From NCBI RefSeq assembly GCF_023055435.1, contig NW_025963835.1, positions 15,314,001 to 15,378,000 on the forward strand: a DNA stretch of 64,000 nucleotides. The letters are read 5' to 3'. The notes beneath the pieces are model-generated. The model saw only the letters and a program-made list of their open reading frames with translations. It was not told where the DNA came from and searched no databases. Each line of letters opens with the position of its first letter. Position 1 is the stretch's first letter. This document shows positions 39,001 through 54,000 of this stretch, piece after piece. The translations under genes and the position numbers were made by a program. The stretch is from Haliotis rufescens (Eukaryota).

Positions 39001-42000
39001 AGATTTGGACCAAGCTGAAATAAAAATGTCACGAAAGTAAATAACTCGTGTACACAGGGCGCAATTACAAACAGTGCCATGGTACGGAAGCTCATCAGGT
39101 TTTACTGGAAACAAAGTGGTTTCTGTAAGGTTTGTTTTAATAATTATAATCTTTTTCATTGACAAACAAACTGTATATCAGAACAAGCTGAACAAAGTTT
39201 GGTGTTGTCACTGATAAGAATGTTTACATAAAGTTTCAATCTACTCTTTTTAAAAAATAACATCACTGATTAATAAGAGCATACATAACCTACGAGGCAT
39301 GAAGAATTACGGATTGTAACCCCGAGTGAATCAATTTTGCTGACTTTCTTTCACAATAAGGTGAAATGAAAAAAACACAAGATTTTATCACGCCATTCAT
39401 AAGAAATGGTGATTAATATGTATCAAAGTCTTTATTCTGACAATAAAACCATTGAATTATCTTTTGGTGTATCTTGTCATATTAAAACGTTGTTTATTTT
39501 CATTCAATAGCAGTTCCATTAATAAACTACCTATAACTATTAATTACTACCTACATTAAACTGCAGGCCAAATGATTTAGTAAACCAACTAATACTATAA
39601 AAGGCCTTAACTATCAATACACATACTATATTTCATCAAAAATGATCTCTTTATTGATCACAGATTGAAAACAAATAATGGTATTGGTTTCAGAAACCAA
39701 GATGTCTGCCCCCAGAAACGTCCCACATCTGCGTCTTCCCGAGGCAAGGGAGTTAACTGACTGAAAAAGTCCAGTTTCCACCCTTGCCAAACTGAATGGA
39801 ATTTCCAGACTCGACCATAGCGCCACCAACGGCTATTACGAGTTATGTCCCTTTGATGTCCCTCCTATTGACCAATCAGATTCCCCACCTCATATCACTT
39901 GACTCTGCTTCCAACAAAATGGTGGTGCCCAATCAAGACGATATGATCGATAATCAAATTCTATATTGATATGAAACGCGTCCTACTTCACTAAGTACAG
40001 CAATCACGTGAGCACCTTGATTAAAAACATTTAAAGATTTGGAAAATATCTGTTGATGCTAAGTTGAGAGTACACATGCTTTGCAATCCAGCAATCGACC
40101 CAAATCTGCACGGCAATTTACAAACCGGATGTCGATTTTGCTACATGATGTTGATTGGACTTTGCATAGACTCATCAGTCCAGCCAAAATATAACTCCAT
40201 AATTGCAGCCTAGTTCGGCAAGGATGGAAACTGGACTTCTTTAGTCAGTTAACTCCCTTGCATCAGGAAGATGAACATCTGTGACTACGGCGTCGACTGA
40301 CTCACCAGACTATCGAGGCCCTCCCCGAGGAAGTCCATGTTAGAGGTGGACACAGGTTGTGCTGGGGTGGTGAACATTTGCTGTTGTTGCTGCTGCTGGT
40401 ACTGGGTGGGTCCGCCGAGGTCCATGTCCAGGAGGTCGCCGATGAGGGAGTCTGCTCCGGGGATTACTGTCGCCTGTGGGACTGCTGCCGCCTGCTGGCT
40501 GGATGTGTCGCCTGGCGCCTCCTCACCCAGATTACCACTGTGGAACAGGTGGTGAGTTGACATGGGTTTAACGTGATGTTCAAGCTTACTGCATTAATAG
40601 AGGGACGTGTGTGTATGTGTGTGATGAGATTTGTATAAGTCCACACTACCAGTTTTATAGTGCCAGCCCACAGAGCTAGCATGTCACAGTTTAACATGAC
40701 TACCCAACTCGGACACAGTAAACTAACTCAGAGCCGACAAGTCTTTGTTTTATCTCTGTTATACGAGCTCAAGAAGGGGTAATAAGACGATCCATATATT
40801 AACATCTTTGGTATGACAAAGCAGGGCATCGAACCACCAAACTTCTGTCTCCAAACATTCTCTATCCACTTGAACAGCAGGATAGATACACTTAATATCA
40901 GCTCAGTGTCAGGGTGGAGAATAATTTCACATGACATCTGGTCCCCATTGTATCAGTTCTTACATGAATGGGGTCCTGCGACCGATTTCACCATGGAATT
41001 TTTGCATGTAAAATTAAAGATACCACCTAATTTAAGATAGGCCTGGCCAAGCTAAAACTACATCCAACTACTATTTGTAACAACTTCATGATGTAGTCTA
41101 ATTGTACACTGTGGATTTGAATATTCAGAGTAACTGACATAGCGGTAATGAGGGTTGGTGAGGGGAATGTGTGAAAACGTGTCTGATATTTGTCTATTTG
41201 TTGTTCAACGCTGCATTGAGCAACATAGCAGTGAGATCACAGTGACCGGTAAATAATCCAGTCTAGACCAGGCAATCCAGCGACTGATACAAGCAACGAT
41301 CAACGTCATAAGGGTTCGATGACACGCAATCACCAATCCTGACCACCAAATCTATAAACACATTAAGTTCCCTCTCACAACCTGCATAGGTTCTTGGGGA
41401 TCTGCTCTAATCCAGAATCAAGCAACTGTACTCAAGGCGTTGGGAGGCTTGTGATAGACATGGTACTTATGACTGTGACCGAGGTGGCAGTGAGCGCCTG
41501 TACCCACCGCGGCCCTCCACAAAGGCGTTGGGAGGCTTGTGATAGACATGGTACTTATGACTGTGACCGAGGTGGCAGTGAGCGCCTGTACCCGCCGCGG
41601 CCCTCCACAAAGGCGTTGGGAGGGTTGTGTTAGACAAGGGTACTTACGACTGTGACCGAGGTGGCAGTGAGCGCCTGTACCCACCGCGGCCATCCACAAA
41701 GGTGTTGGGAGGCTTGTGATAGACATGGTACTTACGACTGTGACCGAGGTGGCAGCGAGCGCCTGTACCCGCCGCGGCCCTCCACAAAGGCGTTGGGAGG
41801 GTTGTGTTAGACATGGTACTTACGACTGTGACCGAGGTGGCAGTGAGCGCCTGTACCCGCCACGACCCTCCACAAAGGCGTTGGGAGGCTTGTGATAGAC
41901 TGAAGCCAGAGATGAGATGTGACAGATGAGCTCGTCCAGGAGCGTGGGTTCAATCAGGTCGGTTTCCTCAGAGATGAGAGGCTTCTCAGCTAGAACCACC

Positions 42001-45000
42001 TCCTTGGCTGCGGCAGGGTCCGTGGACAGCAGTCGCCAGTAGATGTAACCACGGTCACGCAGGTCAGGGTTGTCACTGTCCTACAACACACAGGCACACA
42101 GTCAGCAACTGGAACTCACAGACTCTCCATCTCAACATCAGTCCATTTTCCCATACTTCATGTTAAGCTTATTACTTTCACAGGTAAAGGAGTAATAGAC
42201 ATTATCCCATACTTCATATAAAGATTACTGCTTTAACAGGTAAAGGGTAAATAGACATTTCGCATTCTTCATATAAAAATCATTGCTTTAACAGGTAAAA
42301 GAGTAATAGACTAATGGTACGTATTCAGAGTAATGTGAATGATAGTCTCACAACTGACAAAGTACCTGGCTAGTTTTAAAGCATTTTTCATATCAACTGA
42401 TGTGCCACAAAACACTCACCTGTGTAGCCAGACTGAGCACCTGCTGCACCAATTCCTGGGTGTCTGTTGGCCTCTTCAGGAACAGCTTCACAATGGCTGT
42501 CAACAGCTGCAGCTGAACCTACAACAGCAAGACAGCAACACATTTACAACAGCAACACTTTCAAAGTACAGAGCTACAGCTAAGCAGCATATTTGCATAA
42601 AATACATCCCAAAAATATTCAAAACCCAATTACTTTCAATTAACTTGCGTACAGAAACACATGCATTAAATGAAATCCCTCTCTTTCAAGTGTTTCATTC
42701 AAAACATTCACTTTAACATGAACAGAATGTTTTGGGTTAACCCTTTCCTACATGTTCTAGGAAATGTTCATGATACATGCAGACACTGAGACTACACAGA
42801 ACAACACACAATTTATGCCGTAATGTTGGTTCATAGCCTCCAGAAACATTTGGAAATGAGACTTTTGATAGTGGGCATGTGAGAATTCAGATTGTTTTAA
42901 CCACTGTGGTTGTTACCTGTGCATTTTCATCCTGGAATCCCTCGAGGAAGCTCTCCAGCAGCTCATCAGCATTGTCAATACGTTCAGCATACTCCCCAAT
43001 AATCCAGATCATGGACGCCCTGGAATCATGTACAGAGTGACGGAGTTAGTCTTAATGCTGTTTTGAACAGTATTCCAGTTATTTCACAGAATGTCAGCTT
43101 AATTTTGGAAGAAAGCCTGAAGTGATGCAGGTTTCGGACGTTTACCACTTTGTGAGTGAGAGAGTTCGTCTTAATGACACTTTGAACAGTATTTCCAGTT
43201 CTACCAAGGAGTGTCAGCTTAATGTGGAAGGAAAGCCTGAAGTGATGCAGGTCTCAGACGTTTACCACTTTGTGAGTGAGGGAGTTCGTCTTAATGACAC
43301 TTTGAACAGTATTTCCAGTTATACCAAGGAGTGTCAGCTTAATGTGGAAGGAAAGCCTGAAGTGATGCATGTCTCAGACGTTTACCACTTTGGTGAAACC
43401 CCTGACCATGGGAATGGTGTTGACAAACCTAGAAACATAATGGGGCTGAACTGGGACTTGAACCTTCGATCACAGGTTTCTGGTGTGCCCAAGGGATGGA
43501 ACTCTACACAACAACCTGTGGTTCCTTAGACGACTAGTCCACCCTGTCCCCATGTATAGAGTGATGTCAAACAGCACGAAGGCCCCAACACTGGACTCAT
43601 CTCCATCATCAGTGTGTTGGCTACAATCTATGTCTGATAAGTGTCAGTCACTCACCTTGCTTCAGGCTCGTCCAGCGTGTCCAGGTTTTCACAGAGTGTG
43701 GCGATGATGCTCTCGTATTTGTTGGGGTATTTACGGAAAATATCCTGGAAAGAAGACAATCAAATGTTAACATTAAGTAAACACATACCAGATTGTTTAC
43801 TCCTATACAACACCTCCAGGTAAGGTCGTGTCAGGTGAATCCTGAATGAACTTTGACCACCCAATCTAAAACAACCCTCCATTGGTTCTTCGGCCAATCA
43901 GATATTAGCTTTCTAAAACATTTCGGCTTCATTTTTTCCCACCTCAATTTGGAAATTTGGAAAGAAACCCCCCACAGAACAACAAATATTCCTTCAATGG
44001 TACTTTTTTTGGGTGTAGATACCACTGTGCTCAGAAACAATAGGACATATGAAATATAAACAACAATATAATATTATTGCTACACTTTCAACTTTCAGAA
44101 CTTGTTGTTTAAGTTTGTTAACACAGAAATCAAATATGCTGGTGTCGTAAGAGGCGACTAACAGGATCGGGTGGTTAGGCTCACTGACTTGGCTGACGCA
44201 TGTCATCGTATCCCAATTGCGTGGATCGATGCTCATAATGTCAATCACAGGATTGTCTGGTTCAGATTATTTACAGACCGTAGACATATAGCTGGAATAT
44301 TGCTGAGTGCGGCATTAAACAAAAAACTAAACAAACAAACAAAAAGATATGCTTGTTTGAAAGTTTCTCTTACTTGTAACAGGACTAAAAAAGCCTTGAC
44401 GAAGATTGTTGTTTTCTACAAAGTTCACCTGACACAACCTTATTGACTTCAATGAGATGTGAACAAAACACATCCTCTGACCCTCTGAACAAAACATTAA
44501 AGGAATAAACACACATCACAATCTATTGTTTGTTGATTGTCCAGCTGCACTCAGCCATATTCCAGATGTCAGTGGCCTGTAAATGATGGAGTCTGGACCA
44601 GACAAACCAGTGATTGATACTATGAGCCTCTTATTGGGGTCGATGTATAATTTGTATAAATTTGTTTTAATTTCTTTTCAGGTTTTTATATATATTTATA
44701 TATATATATCACTAGTTGTTAGTTTCACTCAGCTATAACAAAGTGTATCTGACCTGTCTTACCTACTAACTGCCCCATGGCCAGAAGCTTCATTTGCTGA
44801 TTGGCCAAGCTAACACCTATTGTTAAACTGCATGCTTTGATTACACTGCAAACTCTCTCAGCACATGAACTGACAGAACTGCTCAGACCAGCAAAGAATA
44901 AAGATATAATCTTAGATCAGGTGAGTTAAATGGCTATAATCTCCATCTTGTGTTGTATTTAAATAATACAGTATGTTTAAAGTGTTATATTAAGTAAACT

Positions 45001-48000
45001 AAACTTACGTTATCCAATATAAATGTTGATTATGTCTAATTATTTAAATCTGCATAAGTTAAGGTAAACAGACATAATTTATCACTAACATGTAGTCTAT
45101 CACTTCAGTGAAATATGTGTGAAGTGTTTTACTTCTAGAATGTCTTAAAAAAGGCTTTGTAATGTACAGATTTCTGATGTGATACATGTGAATCATTGTA
45201 AATAAAATGTATGTATTACCCTGTTATTATATGTTAAATAGTGTTTTAGTCTATGTATTATTTATTCACATCAATGACTATGGTGTTGCCTAAGTGTGGC
45301 AGTGGGGAGTCACACCTTTGTATCACCTACAGGGTATGCATTGCATTGTTTATATTTGTCTAAGTCTTAAGATGTAATCTTAACGTTATAATCACATTGA
45401 ATGTAATATTATATATCATTAATTTCTGTCTTAAAGTACAGTATATGTTTATACATACTATGTATTTAGTTTGTGAAATTTTATACAGCCAAATGAAAGG
45501 CAACATATACCACCACCACCACCAGGTGGCCCAGTCGTGTTAGGCACCACAATTCTCTGTGCAGAGTTGTGTCCCTTGGGCACGCCAGAAACCTATGATC
45601 TTGGTTCGAATCCCCATTCGCCCCCCCCCGATTATGTTTCTAGGTTTGCCAGCACCATACCCGTGCTGGGTTTCACGGTTTGGGTTTTGACTTTGGGTTT
45701 CACCAAAGTGATAAATGTCTGAGACGTGAATCACTTTAGGCTTTCCTCCCATATTAACCTGACACGCCATAACTTGATCATGTGGACTAGAGTTAAAAGC
45801 GGCGTTAAAACCAACACTTATTCCACCACATAATCCCAACGCTAATCATAATCCACTGAATCTTACATGTACATGATGTTCAATCATATCATTTCCATAA
45901 TTCTTGTCTCAAGTGACAACATGTTGTTAACGTCCTGTTCTGCTACTGACCTTTATAACGACGATGGCCTCCTGCACCACGTAGTTGACCTTTGTCTGGA
46001 TGAGGTCAAGGAGCGTGCTCACACAGCGCTCAGCTGCCTGCTCCACTTTGATGGCACAACGCCCGATGGCTCGCACAGACTTCCTCACAAAGTCCACGTC
46101 TACCTCTGTGGCATACCTGTCAAGCAACATCCCAGCATCAGGTCATACTTCCAACACAACTACATGTAATCAGTGTGAAATAATTCTAAACGCCAACAAG
46201 ACAGTAAGGCATGTGACCCATAAATGTTGCCTGCCCATCTTGAAAGATTGTAAAGACTTGACGAAGAACATATTGAAAAGTTGTGAACAATATGAGACAA
46301 ATCGCGTCTTGATTCAGCAGAAATAATACAAACAATTACTTGAAAATCTACAAGGAGTCAAGATAAACCTGAATATGTGAGTAGTCTTAAAATTATCTGC
46401 CAGACAGTCCGGAAGGTAGTGGAAAATTTCATGCAGCCCGACAGAAGTTACCAGCCACAGGCAGTCAGTTATTACAGACACTGCATGTAACCCATTTCTA
46501 ATCCTCCCCTTTATCAAGGTTCCCCCCAGAGTCTGACCGATCATCGTGTGTGTATCACTGAAACCCACTGCCCGATACCCGTTAATATTAGTCATCACAA
46601 ACCACAAGCCTGAGACACTGGGGACTGATTATGTCAAAGAGTCCCCCCCCCTCCTCCCCTAGAGTCTGACCGATCAATGTGTGAGTATCTAAGACTACAG
46701 AAGGGTGAACCTACTCCTTGAGTTCTGCCAGGACCTGCGCGATGTTGCCCTGGTTTGTCAGCCTGATCATGATGTCCAGTTTCTCCAGCTTGACGTAGAT
46801 CGGGTCATTGTACTTGACGAAGAACACCTTCATCTCATTCTTCAAGATGTCACCCCTGCAATAAATCCACACGGACATCAGGGACAGAAGTGTACTTCAT
46901 TGCAAGTGTGCCACCGGGCACTCACAAACATGTTAAGGACAGCCTTTGGAAGATAATCAGCACTCTTAATACAAGGACTTGTACAGGAGCTTGTGTAATG
47001 TCATCATGGTAAAAGCAAACATATATATAAACACTGGTGTAATTGAGATGGAACTGTTTCTAGCACCTTGACAAACCAATCAGAATTCCACTCAAGAGTC
47101 ACATGATACAAATTCAATCTAGGAGTTCGAGCTAAAGGCCCTTGACAGGCAAATTGGGAAAATTTGTCACTTTGTTCACAACTGGGAATTGTTTAAGAGT
47201 TCTTATTTTCCTAACTTCAGAGGTATTTTAACATTGAATTTTAACATAGCATTCAACGCAATATGTAAAACTAAGCATTAAAGCCCCTTCCTCTGTATTG
47301 GTCCTGCTATCAGTGATATACATGACACCTTACAAAGCCGTACATCAGTCATAACAATAACAGTATGAACTGGGAAATGCTTAATACCAATTTGGGAAAT
47401 TTTACTGACACGGGCTGCGGACTTGGGGCTGAATATCAGGTCCTGAACAGGCCTTGATAAATCCTTGCAATCTCAAGGCAGTTTCTGTCCAAGTAAAGGT
47501 TACCAGTTTTCTTAAACTAAGACTTTCTTGACAACTGTGATCTAATATTTTCACTGTTTTGAAGTTACATAACCCACACTTGCAATCCATTGGAAGCTGA
47601 AGCCACTCACCTCTTCTGCACAATGAGGTTGATGTTTCTGAGGGCGACGTATTGTATCTCGGGCTCCGCAGACAGGAGGGTGACCAGGGGTGGGGACAAC
47701 TTCTTCACCAGCAGCGTCACGTAGTCACTGTTGGGGTCCAGCATCTCGATATACTTCATGATGACCTGCATCAAAACAGACATGTCTCAATGGTCCCACA
47801 ACGTAACGGGCAGTCGCGTAGCCTAGTGGTTCAGACGTTCCTCATGCCAAGGTCCAGGGTAAAATCCCGACATGGGTACAATGTGTGAAGCCCATTTATG
47901 GTGTCCCTCACCATGACATTGCTGGAATATTGCTATAAGCGGAGTAAAACCCAATACACAACACTTAATACAATCTACATCCACCATACATTCAGTGATT

Positions 48001-51000
48001 TTGCAAGTCACACCAATATTATTGCACTTATAATGCGACATGCGTGCAAGCTTGCATGCTAGTCAGGACTAACGCCGATTTTATAATTTAACATGAATAC
48101 CCCACTCAGACACAGTATACTGACTCCGAACCGACCAGTCCTTGTTTCAACCCCTTAATGCCGAGTCCAGGCAGGGGAACAACAAGTGCCGTCTTTTAAC
48201 GTCTTTTGGGTATGATGCGGCCAGGGACTGAACCATGGACCTTCCGCTCTCTGGGCAGACGAGATTTTGCAAGAGACAAATGGCACTGGGACACTGTCAT
48301 GAGTTTTGATGGAACATTCTTCTGTAGCATTACCAACTTAGAAACAAAATCCTTTGAACATATTGAATGACAGTGAGTCTACATGGTCAACACTGTGTAA
48401 CATGTATAAACTATAATTAAATTCTATCTAATATATTGACCAATACATGACATAACACATAGCTGTTAGCAAATACGTTTTAGCTTTACAAAACGTTTTT
48501 AATTTCATATAATCAAACTAAATACACATGTGTAACATTTATTTCACTGAGACAAGAGGTGAGGTGAAATGGGGTTTAATGTCATGTTCAAGATAATTTC
48601 ACTTATATTGCATGTGTAAATATGTGTGGCTGTTTGTGCTTGTCCAGGCTGAGATACCATGCAGCAGTTTAACATGTATACCCCACTCAGTATACAGACT
48701 CCCTGCTGATGAGACCTTAGTTTATCCCCTTAATGCCAAGCACCAGGCAGGGTAACAACAAATACCATCTTTTAGAGTCTATTGGTATGATTTGGCCAGG
48801 GATTGAACCACCGACCTACGGCTCCCCGGACAGTTGTTCTATCCACTAGACCACGGAGGCGGTTTACGACATGAGAGAAACTGTTTGGAAGAGTAAGGTC
48901 CTTACCTTGACTGCTGACAGAACCACAGCTGCATTGGCGTGAGCCAGGCGGGGAGACACTCGCTCACACACACTGTCAAGTAAAACAGGGAATGCTTACT
49001 TTTCTCATGAACAACCATTTAAAATACAAAATATTAAATGATAATTGTAACAACACTCTTAAACTTTTGTAATTTGATATAAAAGCAGGAGAAATAGTGA
49101 AGTCATGAGGCTGCCCTCACCTCTGGGCCTCCTTGTCGTCATTGGGTGTGTAGTTGGAGATAGAATCCAGGATAAACACCTGGCCCCACCTGGAACAAAA
49201 GACAATACTTTCTTAAACACCTGTGGTGAAACCCATCTGAGATAACTGGCGACAAACATATATGTGAAATCGAATTTCAGGTCAGAGTACAATTCAACAT
49301 CTTTATCAGGGTATGATTCAATATCTTTAACAGGTATGATTCAATATCTTTATCAGGGTATGATTCAATATATTTATCAGGGTATGATTCAATATCTTTA
49401 TCAGGTATGATTCAATATCTTTATCAGGAAATTCAATATCTTTATCAGGTATGATTCAATATCTTTATCAGGTATGATTCAATAACTTTATCAGGGTATG
49501 ATTCAATATCTTTATCAGGAAATTCAATATCTTTATCAGGTATGATTCAATATCTTTATCAGGTATGATTCAACATCGATCTTTATCAGGTATGATTCAA
49601 TATCTTTATCAGGGTATGATGGCATTATTAATAAAATAACGTCATATTCAAATTTTGACAATTGGTTTCAGCTGACTTGTTGGAGGAATCTGCCCACATA
49701 AGACTGACAACGTACTCTGTGCACTCGTTGAGAGCTGTGAGGAGCTTGTTGATGGTGCCAGAGTTCATCTCAAGCACCTGCTGAGCCGAGGGCGAGGCAT
49801 CCAGGATCTCGGAGATTGCTGCCACAGCGTTAGCTACAACCTGGCAGAACAACACCACCAGTCAGTTATGAAAAGTCCCATTTTCATTTTTCATCACATC
49901 AAATTAAAAGAAGCATGATTTGTGTTAAATTTTACAATAAGTTGTATATTTAAAATAATTATTCCATATTACACAATGCATTTCTTCCCTCTTCTTTCGA
50001 TCCTATGTAAAAACATGCTTTTACAAAGTTTCAAGCTTCAAAAGAACAAATCACCCCAAGATATCCCAGCATCACCATGGCCACCCCCCAAACCAATGGA
50101 TCACACACAATAACCCTCTGCACTGCGACGTTCACGACCTGATACGTTAGTCAGACATAACAGCATGAAATCGGGTATAATATGCGTTGTATGTTTTCAA
50201 GTATGACATCCTTACATGAACAACCGCGTAGCTGTAAAGAACAATCGATACAGTATTTGACTCATAAATGATCCGGAAGGGGTCCCATTTTTCACGGTGA
50301 ACATACCTCAACACCACCTTGCTGAAATCTTCATAAGACAAATGGCAATATATTCAGATTCAAAACAAAAATGCCCAAAACTAGTCTGAGAACACACACC
50401 CTAACACTAATTCTTTTAATATTATGACAATCCCAAAACACAAATGCTATAATCATTATTCTACCATGAATTTGGAATTTACTCGATTCTGACTGGTCAA
50501 TCAGAGGCTATTAAATCACAATAAACCCCCTCTGATTGAAACAGCTGGTTTGACGGCCGCATCACCGCGGAAGCTAATATTCATAGAATAGTACTTTTTT
50601 CAGTCATTGTCGGTAGGCATAATTAAATAATTATATCTACAATTACAGGTTACAAAATGCACAGATGCGGTTACTACAATATTCAAAGGATGTGTGGCAA
50701 TACATTTCGTGCATAAAACATGATAGCAATCTACAAAGGGAATGTATTTACGTTTTGGAGACAATAAACAATATGACGTCATAATGGTGACGTGCGATGT
50801 AGAGCGAAAGCCTTGCAAAGCTTGCTTTGTTTTCTTTAGGGATTCCCAACTCATGTTAGCTCACCAAGTTGCCGTGCTTATATGCTTTCAATGCCTGTCA
50901 TACGTTCGAGTGAAGTATTATGGAGTAAACAAACTGCTTGAGTATATACAGCGCCATATTGTGTTCGGTGATTCCGTAATTCAGATTCGATCAGATCAAA

Positions 51001-54000
51001 ACATTCGACTCAACTCATGCCGCTTCACTCAGTATATTTGCTAACACCAAAGAGTTCGCGTTTTATTTTGTCATGGTAGAATGGAGATAAACATACTGTG
51101 TTTTCAATGTAGAGCTAGGTTACCTGTAGATTTAACCGCGCTAAATTTAACATTTGAAACCTCACGCTGCGCGTTCGGTTCCAAATTCAATTTAGCGGGG
51201 TTAAATCTACAGGTAACCTAGCTCTACATTGAAAACACAGTATGTTTATCTCCTAATTATCTTCATGTAGACTTAAAAAGAGGAATGCAATAAACTTCAG
51301 GTAGATTACACAAATGCTATTAATGTGACATATCATATTTGCCATATTAAGCCCCCTGCTCGAATAAGCCCCCTCCTTTCTTCTGAGTAATCTTCTGAGA
51401 CCTATGTTTAAGTAATCTTTATAAGGGAAGCCATATCAGACAGAAAATTTACATGACAGGCCGTCTGTATTTTCCCAATTTTTTTTTACAGAAAACTGCA
51501 GTTTAGAAGGGGCATATAAATGCCTCGTAACTAATATCAAAATAAACTTTAGTCCCATCAACTTTTTAATTAAGTTTATTCGCTACCACTCAATCTCACA
51601 AAAAAACTGTAACCTGTTGTGTATAGTTTTAATAAGCACCCCCCACCCCTGGTACATTTGCTCAGGGCTCATATTACGGCCAATACGGCACTGAACAATG
51701 TTCTGCAGTGTCCTACCATGGGGTTGGAGTCTGAGAGGAGGTCGCGGAGGAGGTCAAGGAAGCCCTGGTCCTCCACAAGCTGGGCGTTGATGTCATGGAG
51801 CTTGGCGACGCACACTGCAGCGGTCTTCCTCACGTAGGGGTCCTCGTCCTTCAGACACTTGCGCAGCGGCTCACACAGGTACTCCGTGATCTTGTCCACC
51901 CGGATACACCCCATAGTCCGCACAGCCAGGGCTCGGATCAGAGGGTTGGAGTCTTCACAGTCCTGGAGGGACAAAGGAGAATACACTCTTTGTTGTCTAG
52001 CGCCACACTCGGCAATATATCTGCCATAAAACGGCGGCTTTAACACACTAATTAACACACAAACAGGTGATTGATATTGTGAGCAATGATCCACACTATC
52101 AACCATGTCCACCATTAAGTTGCCTTGTACAATCAGCCCAGGCAGGGCTCGACCTAGCTATATAAAACATGCATTCTCTAATTGAATAGAGCAACCAAAT
52201 ATTTCGGTCTATTTTGCATTTTTTTTTAAATAATCAAATTTGTATGTCACCGATGCCTACTTTACTAGACAACAACGATCTGTGTACACACTTAATGCCT
52301 CTAAGCTTTATGTAGCACACTACTTCACTAGTCCCTGTGTTGTATAATTTGTCATACTTTCTTTGGCTTGACATCATCAACTTGTGGGTAAGGTTATGTG
52401 CACAAGTTGTGTCGTTAATTTATGTAAAATCATGACACAGTCATCTGAGATTTGAGATTTTATCTAAATCTATGTTTCAACAATTATAAATCTATGGGAC
52501 CAAGGTGCAACCTGGTTTTGTCCGGAGCAACTCATCTTCCCGAGGCAAGAGAGCCAACTGACTTTAAAAGTCCAGTTTCCACCCTTGCCGAACTAGGCTG
52601 GAATTCCTTGGCTCGATCGCAGCGCCACCAGTGGCTATTATGAGTTATGCCGCATATATGCCTCTCCTATAGACCAATTAGAATCCACCTCTCGTATGAC
52701 TTGCATTTGCTTCAATCTAAATGGCGACGCCCAGTCAAGACGATCTTATCGATAATCAAGATCTATTGTGATAAAATGGGTCTTACATCGCGAAATGCAT
52801 CAAATCACGTGAACACCTTGATTAAAAACATGAAAAGATTTGGAAAATATCTGTTGACAACAAGTTGGCGGTGCAAATGATTTGCAAATCATGAAAAGAT
52901 TTGGAAAATATCTGCTGACAACAAGTTGGCAGCGCAAATGATTTGCAAATCGTGCAATCGACCGAAATCTGCACAACAGTTTACGAACCAGATTTTGATT
53001 TCGTTGCGCGATTGAGATTGGACTATGCATAGATTCGTTAGTCCAGCCAAAACGTAACTCCATAATACCAGCCTAGTTCGGCAAGGGTGGAAACTGGACT
53101 TTTATAGTCAGTTATCTCTCTTGCCTCGGGAAGATGGGAGCAACTAGGTTTTCATGTCAACATGCACCTGGTGCAAGTTAAATCAAGTTCCTTAAATCGA
53201 GGCATTCAGGTTGCTGGGAAACAGGGTGCCACTGATAATCAAGTACAGCACACCATTATTATACCAAAACATTTTACATCTTCCGAATCCTATCCCGCAA
53301 TGATTACCAGTCAGATAGGTTGTAGGAACCTGTAGATGTCGGGGAAAGTGAGAGTACCTTGACGAACGTGTTGACGGCCATGATGGCCATGTCGGGCTGA
53401 CTCTTGGCGTAGTTCATCAAGTACAGGTACACCAGCTTCTTCAGCTCCAGGTTGTCGGTCTGCATACAGTTCACAACATCCGGGAACAGAGCACTGAAAC
53501 ATTACCCTCTCCATCACCGGCTGCATACATAGTTACATGGATATTGGAATTAATCTACAAGGATACCTTGTGCAGAGCTCCAGATAACTTTTTGAGCAAA
53601 TGAGTTTTTACTCTAGGGTTTTTATTTTAATTGGGTTATTACATTTTTCATTGGGTAACCAATATTTTTTCACTCATCTATTCATCACTCTAATTTTTCC
53701 CCAAATTAGTGAACATTTTAAGATTTAAAATAAATGATATAATGTTCTAAATATATCGGCTTGACTCGGAAAGTAAGCTCCTTTGTATGCATGCTGAAAA
53801 AGCTTCATTGGGTATATACGCGAGCTGTTTTTATACATTTGAGTTTTTCATTTAATGCATGCGTTTCTGCACACAAGTTAATTGAAAGTATTTGGGTTTT
53901 GAAAATTTGGGGGGGGGGGGGGTATTTTACGCAAATATGCTGCTTATCTGTTGCTCTGCTTGTGGATTACAAGAGAAATATAGAACTCAGATGCTAACTG

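Noticed and set aside
44643-45487. Possible solo LTR (TGTATAA...TTATACA with an internal AATAAA)
   Set aside because: AT-rich, no TSD found and no second copy in the window.
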